From Fimbriimonadales bacterium (GTDB lineage Bacteria > Armatimonadota > Fimbriimonadia > Fimbriimonadales > Fimbriimonadaceae), in the NCBI GenBank assembly GCA_038210535.1, contig JBBQWO010000007.1, positions 47,766-111,765 on the forward strand: 64,000 nucleotides of DNA, written 5' to 3'. Below are positions 61,674 through 64,000 of this stretch, piece by piece. Numbering within the stretch: position 1 is the stretch's first letter; each line of letters opens with the position of its first letter. The position numbers and the translations under genes were made by a program. The notes beneath the pieces are model-generated. The model did not search any database. It was given only the letters and a program-made list of their open reading frames with translations, and had not been told where the DNA came from.

Positions 61674-62651
61674 ATGATAGACGGCAAGCGACACGCCGAA
61701 GCTTTTAAAGAGGAACTCTCGAAAGCTTCTTCCGTCCTCATTGGAACCCACATGAACCCAGATGGCGATGCCTTTGGGTCGGCGCTCGCGCTTTCGTTTT
61801 ATCTTGATGCCATTGGCATGCAAAACGAGATTGTCTCGCACCATTTCGCTCCCAGGAACTTGCGCTTCCTGCCCGGGGTGAGCCGAATCCGGCTTAAGCC
61901 GAAAGAAGAAAAATACGACCTCGGGGTTGTCCTCGATTTGGACTCCTTGGATCGGCTCGGCAACGCAGCCGAGTTCTTCTCGAGTTGCTCCCGCTTAGTC
62001 GTCATCGATCATCACGTTCCCCACGCAAAGCCTGGCGACCTGAGGATCGTGGACACCAGCGCCCCCGCCACCGCCGTGATCCTCACCCGCCTGCTAATCG
62101 GAATGGGCGCAAGGATCACCCCGGAAATTGCAACTTGCCTTCTAACCGGCATCGTGACCGACACCGGGTCTTTCCGTTTCCGAAACACCACTCCGGAGGC
62201 CCTCAGCTTAAGCGCTTTCCTTTTGGAGCACGGGGGCGACCTGACACTCGTTCAGGAGGAGATTTTCCAGAGTAAATCGCTGGCCTCTGTGCGGCTTCTT
62301 GGCCGGGTTCTAGAAACCATGCGCCTGGAGTGCAACGACCAAGTGGCTTGGAGTGCTCTTAGCGCAGCCGATTTTGAACAGGCGCAAGCAAGCGACGAAG
62401 ACACGGAAGGCTTTGTCAACGAGTTGCTCTTCATCACGTCGGTGCAAGTAGCCGCCATCTTACGCGAGCCCAAGCAAGGCAAGGTTCGGGTGTCCGTTCG
62501 CTCACGGGGGGACTATGATGTTGCGGAAGTCGCAAGAACCTTTGGCGGAGGCGGACACAAGAACGCAGCGGGATGCACCATCGATGAGCCTTTGGAAGTT
62601 GCTGAAAAGCTCCTCGTCGGGAGGCTGAAGCAGTGCTTGGGATCCTGCTAG
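61674..62651 (+). CDS. nrnA: DHH/DHHA1 phosphoesterase (oligoribonuclease / pAp phosphatase NrnA-like)
   Basis: 325 aa. It has 'HMNPDGDAFGSALAL', 'VVIDHH' and 'GGGHKNAAG'. It has the usual position upstream of truB. Confidence 0.85.
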   Translation: MIDGKRHAEAFKEELSKASSVLIGTHMNPDGDAFGSALALSFYLDAIGMQNEIVSHHFAPRNLRFLPGVSRIRLKPKEEKYDLGVVLDLDSLDRLGNAAEFFSSCSRLVVIDHHVPHAKPGDLRIVDTSAPATAVILTRLLIGMGARITPEIATCLLTGIVTDTGSFRFRNTTPEALSLSAFLLEHGGDLTLVQEEIFQSKSLASVRLLGRVLETMRLECNDQVAWSALSAADFEQAQASDEDTEGFVNELLFITSVQVAAILREPKQGKVRVSVRSRGDYDVAEVARTFGGGGHKNAAGCTIDEPLEVAEKLLVGRLKQCLGSC

Positions 62652-63496
62652 TCGACAAGCCAAAGGGTCTCACCTCGCACGATGTCGTCAACCAGATTCG
62701 CCGCAAGTTTTCAACCAAGCGGGTGGGTCATGCGGGCACCCTCGACCCGCTTGCTACCGGACTGCTCGTGATAGCGATTGGTCCTGCGACGAGATTTCTT
62801 CAATACCTGCCCTTGGAGCCCAAGGTATACGAGGCCGAAATCACTTTCGGTCAGTCCACCACGACCTATGACGCCGAGGGCGTACGATCCGAGCTAATGG
62901 ATGTCCCTGCCGAGTTTGAAGCGGCGCTGGACCATGCGTTGCCCGCTTTCCGTGGGCTGATTCAGCAGCTCCCGCCCATGTTCAGCGCGATCAAGGTGCA
63001 GGGCCAGCCGCTCTACAAATATGCGCGCATGGGAAAGGAGCTTGTACGGGAGCCCCGAACCGTTCACATCTCTTGTTTCGATCTCATGCACGTAGAAGGT
63101 GCAACCGTAAGGGCCAGAATCGTCTGCTCGGGCGGGACCTATATTCGCTCGCTGGCCCATGATCTGGGACAAGCCCTCGGCTGCGGCGCTTATCTCAGTG
63201 CGCTTGTCCGCACTAATGTGGGCCGCTTTCAATTAGGCGAAGCAAGTCCTCTCGACGCTATTCACCCGGACCAGCTAAAGCCTTTGCGAGAGGCGCTCCC
63301 TCCGATGCCTTTGCTGGAAATCAGCGAAAGCAGCACACAAAACATCCGAGAAGGACGTCCTATCGGTGTGGCAGAACCGCCGGACGCGCCCCTCATCGCT
63401 CTTATCGAGCCGCGAGGCGAGGTTTTTAGCATCGCAAGAGTTCATGGCAACGTTCTCCAGCCCGAATGCGTTATCCCTGCTGAGGTATTCGATTGA
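62633..63496 (+). CDS. truB: tRNA pseudouridine(55) synthase
   Basis: 287 aa with a GTG start. It has 'GILLVDKPKGLTSHDVV' and 'VGHAGTLDPLATGLL'. Confidence 0.95.
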   Translation: MLGILLVDKPKGLTSHDVVNQIRRKFSTKRVGHAGTLDPLATGLLVIAIGPATRFLQYLPLEPKVYEAEITFGQSTTTYDAEGVRSELMDVPAEFEAALDHALPAFRGLIQQLPPMFSAIKVQGQPLYKYARMGKELVREPRTVHISCFDLMHVEGATVRARIVCSGGTYIRSLAHDLGQALGCGAYLSALVRTNVGRFQLGEASPLDAIHPDQLKPLREALPPMPLLEISESSTQNIREGRPIGVAEPPDAPLIALIEPRGEVFSIARVHGNVLQPECVIPAEVFD

Positions 63497-63972
63497 CCAT
63501 CTTTGAATCGGCACCGAACAAGAAGGTACTGGCCGGACAAATCGTTTGGTTTTTTGTGTGGGTGGGAGTCACGGCGGTTGCGGCCTTTCTCACTCCGAAT
63601 GCATCGGGCCATGGAACACATCAGGCGCTCGGAATGCCGCCTTGTCCAAGTGTTCTTCTGTTTGACCGGCCCTGCCCGGGTTGCGGCCTTACCACGAGCT
63701 GGACGGCCTTTGTCCACGGAAATTTCGGCCTCAGCTTTCGTGCTCACGCTCTTGGTCCGGCAACGTACCTATTCTTCACGTTGGGTGCTTGGGCGGGTCT
63801 GTACGGATGGGTTAAGAGTCTTCGGCTGAACGCCAATGAGGCATGGGCGACCCGCACGGTCAGCGTCGCTATCGTCGTCTTCCTCGCCTTTGGGATCATC
63901 CGTATGGCCGTCACCCCCGGTTTCGCGATGCCGTCCGAGAGGTGGCTGACTCGCCTGCTCTCGGATAAGTAG
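63493..63972 (+). CDS. DUF2752-family membrane protein
   Basis: 159 aa. 'CPSVLLFDRPCPGCGLTTS' is the DUF2752 signature. Its TTG start overlaps the truB TGA. Confidence 0.7.
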   Translation: MTIFESAPNKKVLAGQIVWFFVWVGVTAVAAFLTPNASGHGTHQALGMPPCPSVLLFDRPCPGCGLTTSWTAFVHGNFGLSFRAHALGPATYLFFTLGAWAGLYGWVKSLRLNANEAWATRTVSVAIVVFLAFGIIRMAVTPGFAMPSERWLTRLLSDK

Positions 63973-64000
63973 CGGCTATTCCAAGTACGTTCCGTTGACA

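Noticed and set aside
1-64000. CRISPR arrays, transposases, phage or conjugation genes, toxin-antitoxin pairs
   Set aside because: I found no regularly spaced repeats and no ORFs with the corresponding motifs while reading both strands.

Overview
This 64-kb window looks like ordinary chromosome from a moderately GC-rich diderm bacterium. I found no transposase, integrase, phage genes or CRISPR array.

The gene content suggests Armatimonadota or a PVC-type lineage, by inference only. The signals are two prepilin-type '[24 protein letters not shown]' proteins, DUF1080, ThuA, CBM9-like, two GH127 genes, a GH144-like gene, a CE7 esterase, a partial GH10 and a decayed GH53.

I support about 62 protein genes, one tRNA(CAU), several intrinsic-terminator hairpins and two sigma70-like promoters. 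Housekeeping anchors are:
- guaB, dxr-rseP (ATGA-coupled), queA, nrnA-truB and ppdK
- accB, a lone 2-oxoacid dehydrogenase E2, and proline dehydrogenase
- an AdoMet decarboxylase, an Lhr-type helicase and a 5'-3' exonuclease

Signalling genes are two GAF-GAF histidine kinases, an HD-GYP response regulator and a lone receiver.

The main result is three genes for exported proteins whose reading frames the ORF track splits or truncates. Each actually continues through a single in-frame TGA lying 1-2 residues from a Cys.
- Two are tandem paralogous outer-membrane beta-barrel-like genes (28021-28659, U-A-G-C; 28661-29275, C-P-L-U). In both, the TGA falls just after a canonical signal peptide.
- The third is a membrane-anchored thioredoxin-fold-like protein (35753-36928, C-T-U). 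It sits at the end of a LacI / pseudopilin / lipoprotein / GH144 gene array.

Each TGA is followed by a hand-drawn hairpin. TGA is a genuine stop elsewhere in the window. I therefore read these as candidate non-classical, exported selenoproteins. This cannot be proven here, because the Sec machinery (selABCD) is not in the window.

All folding, motif calls and family assignments were made by eye or from memory. No searches were run.
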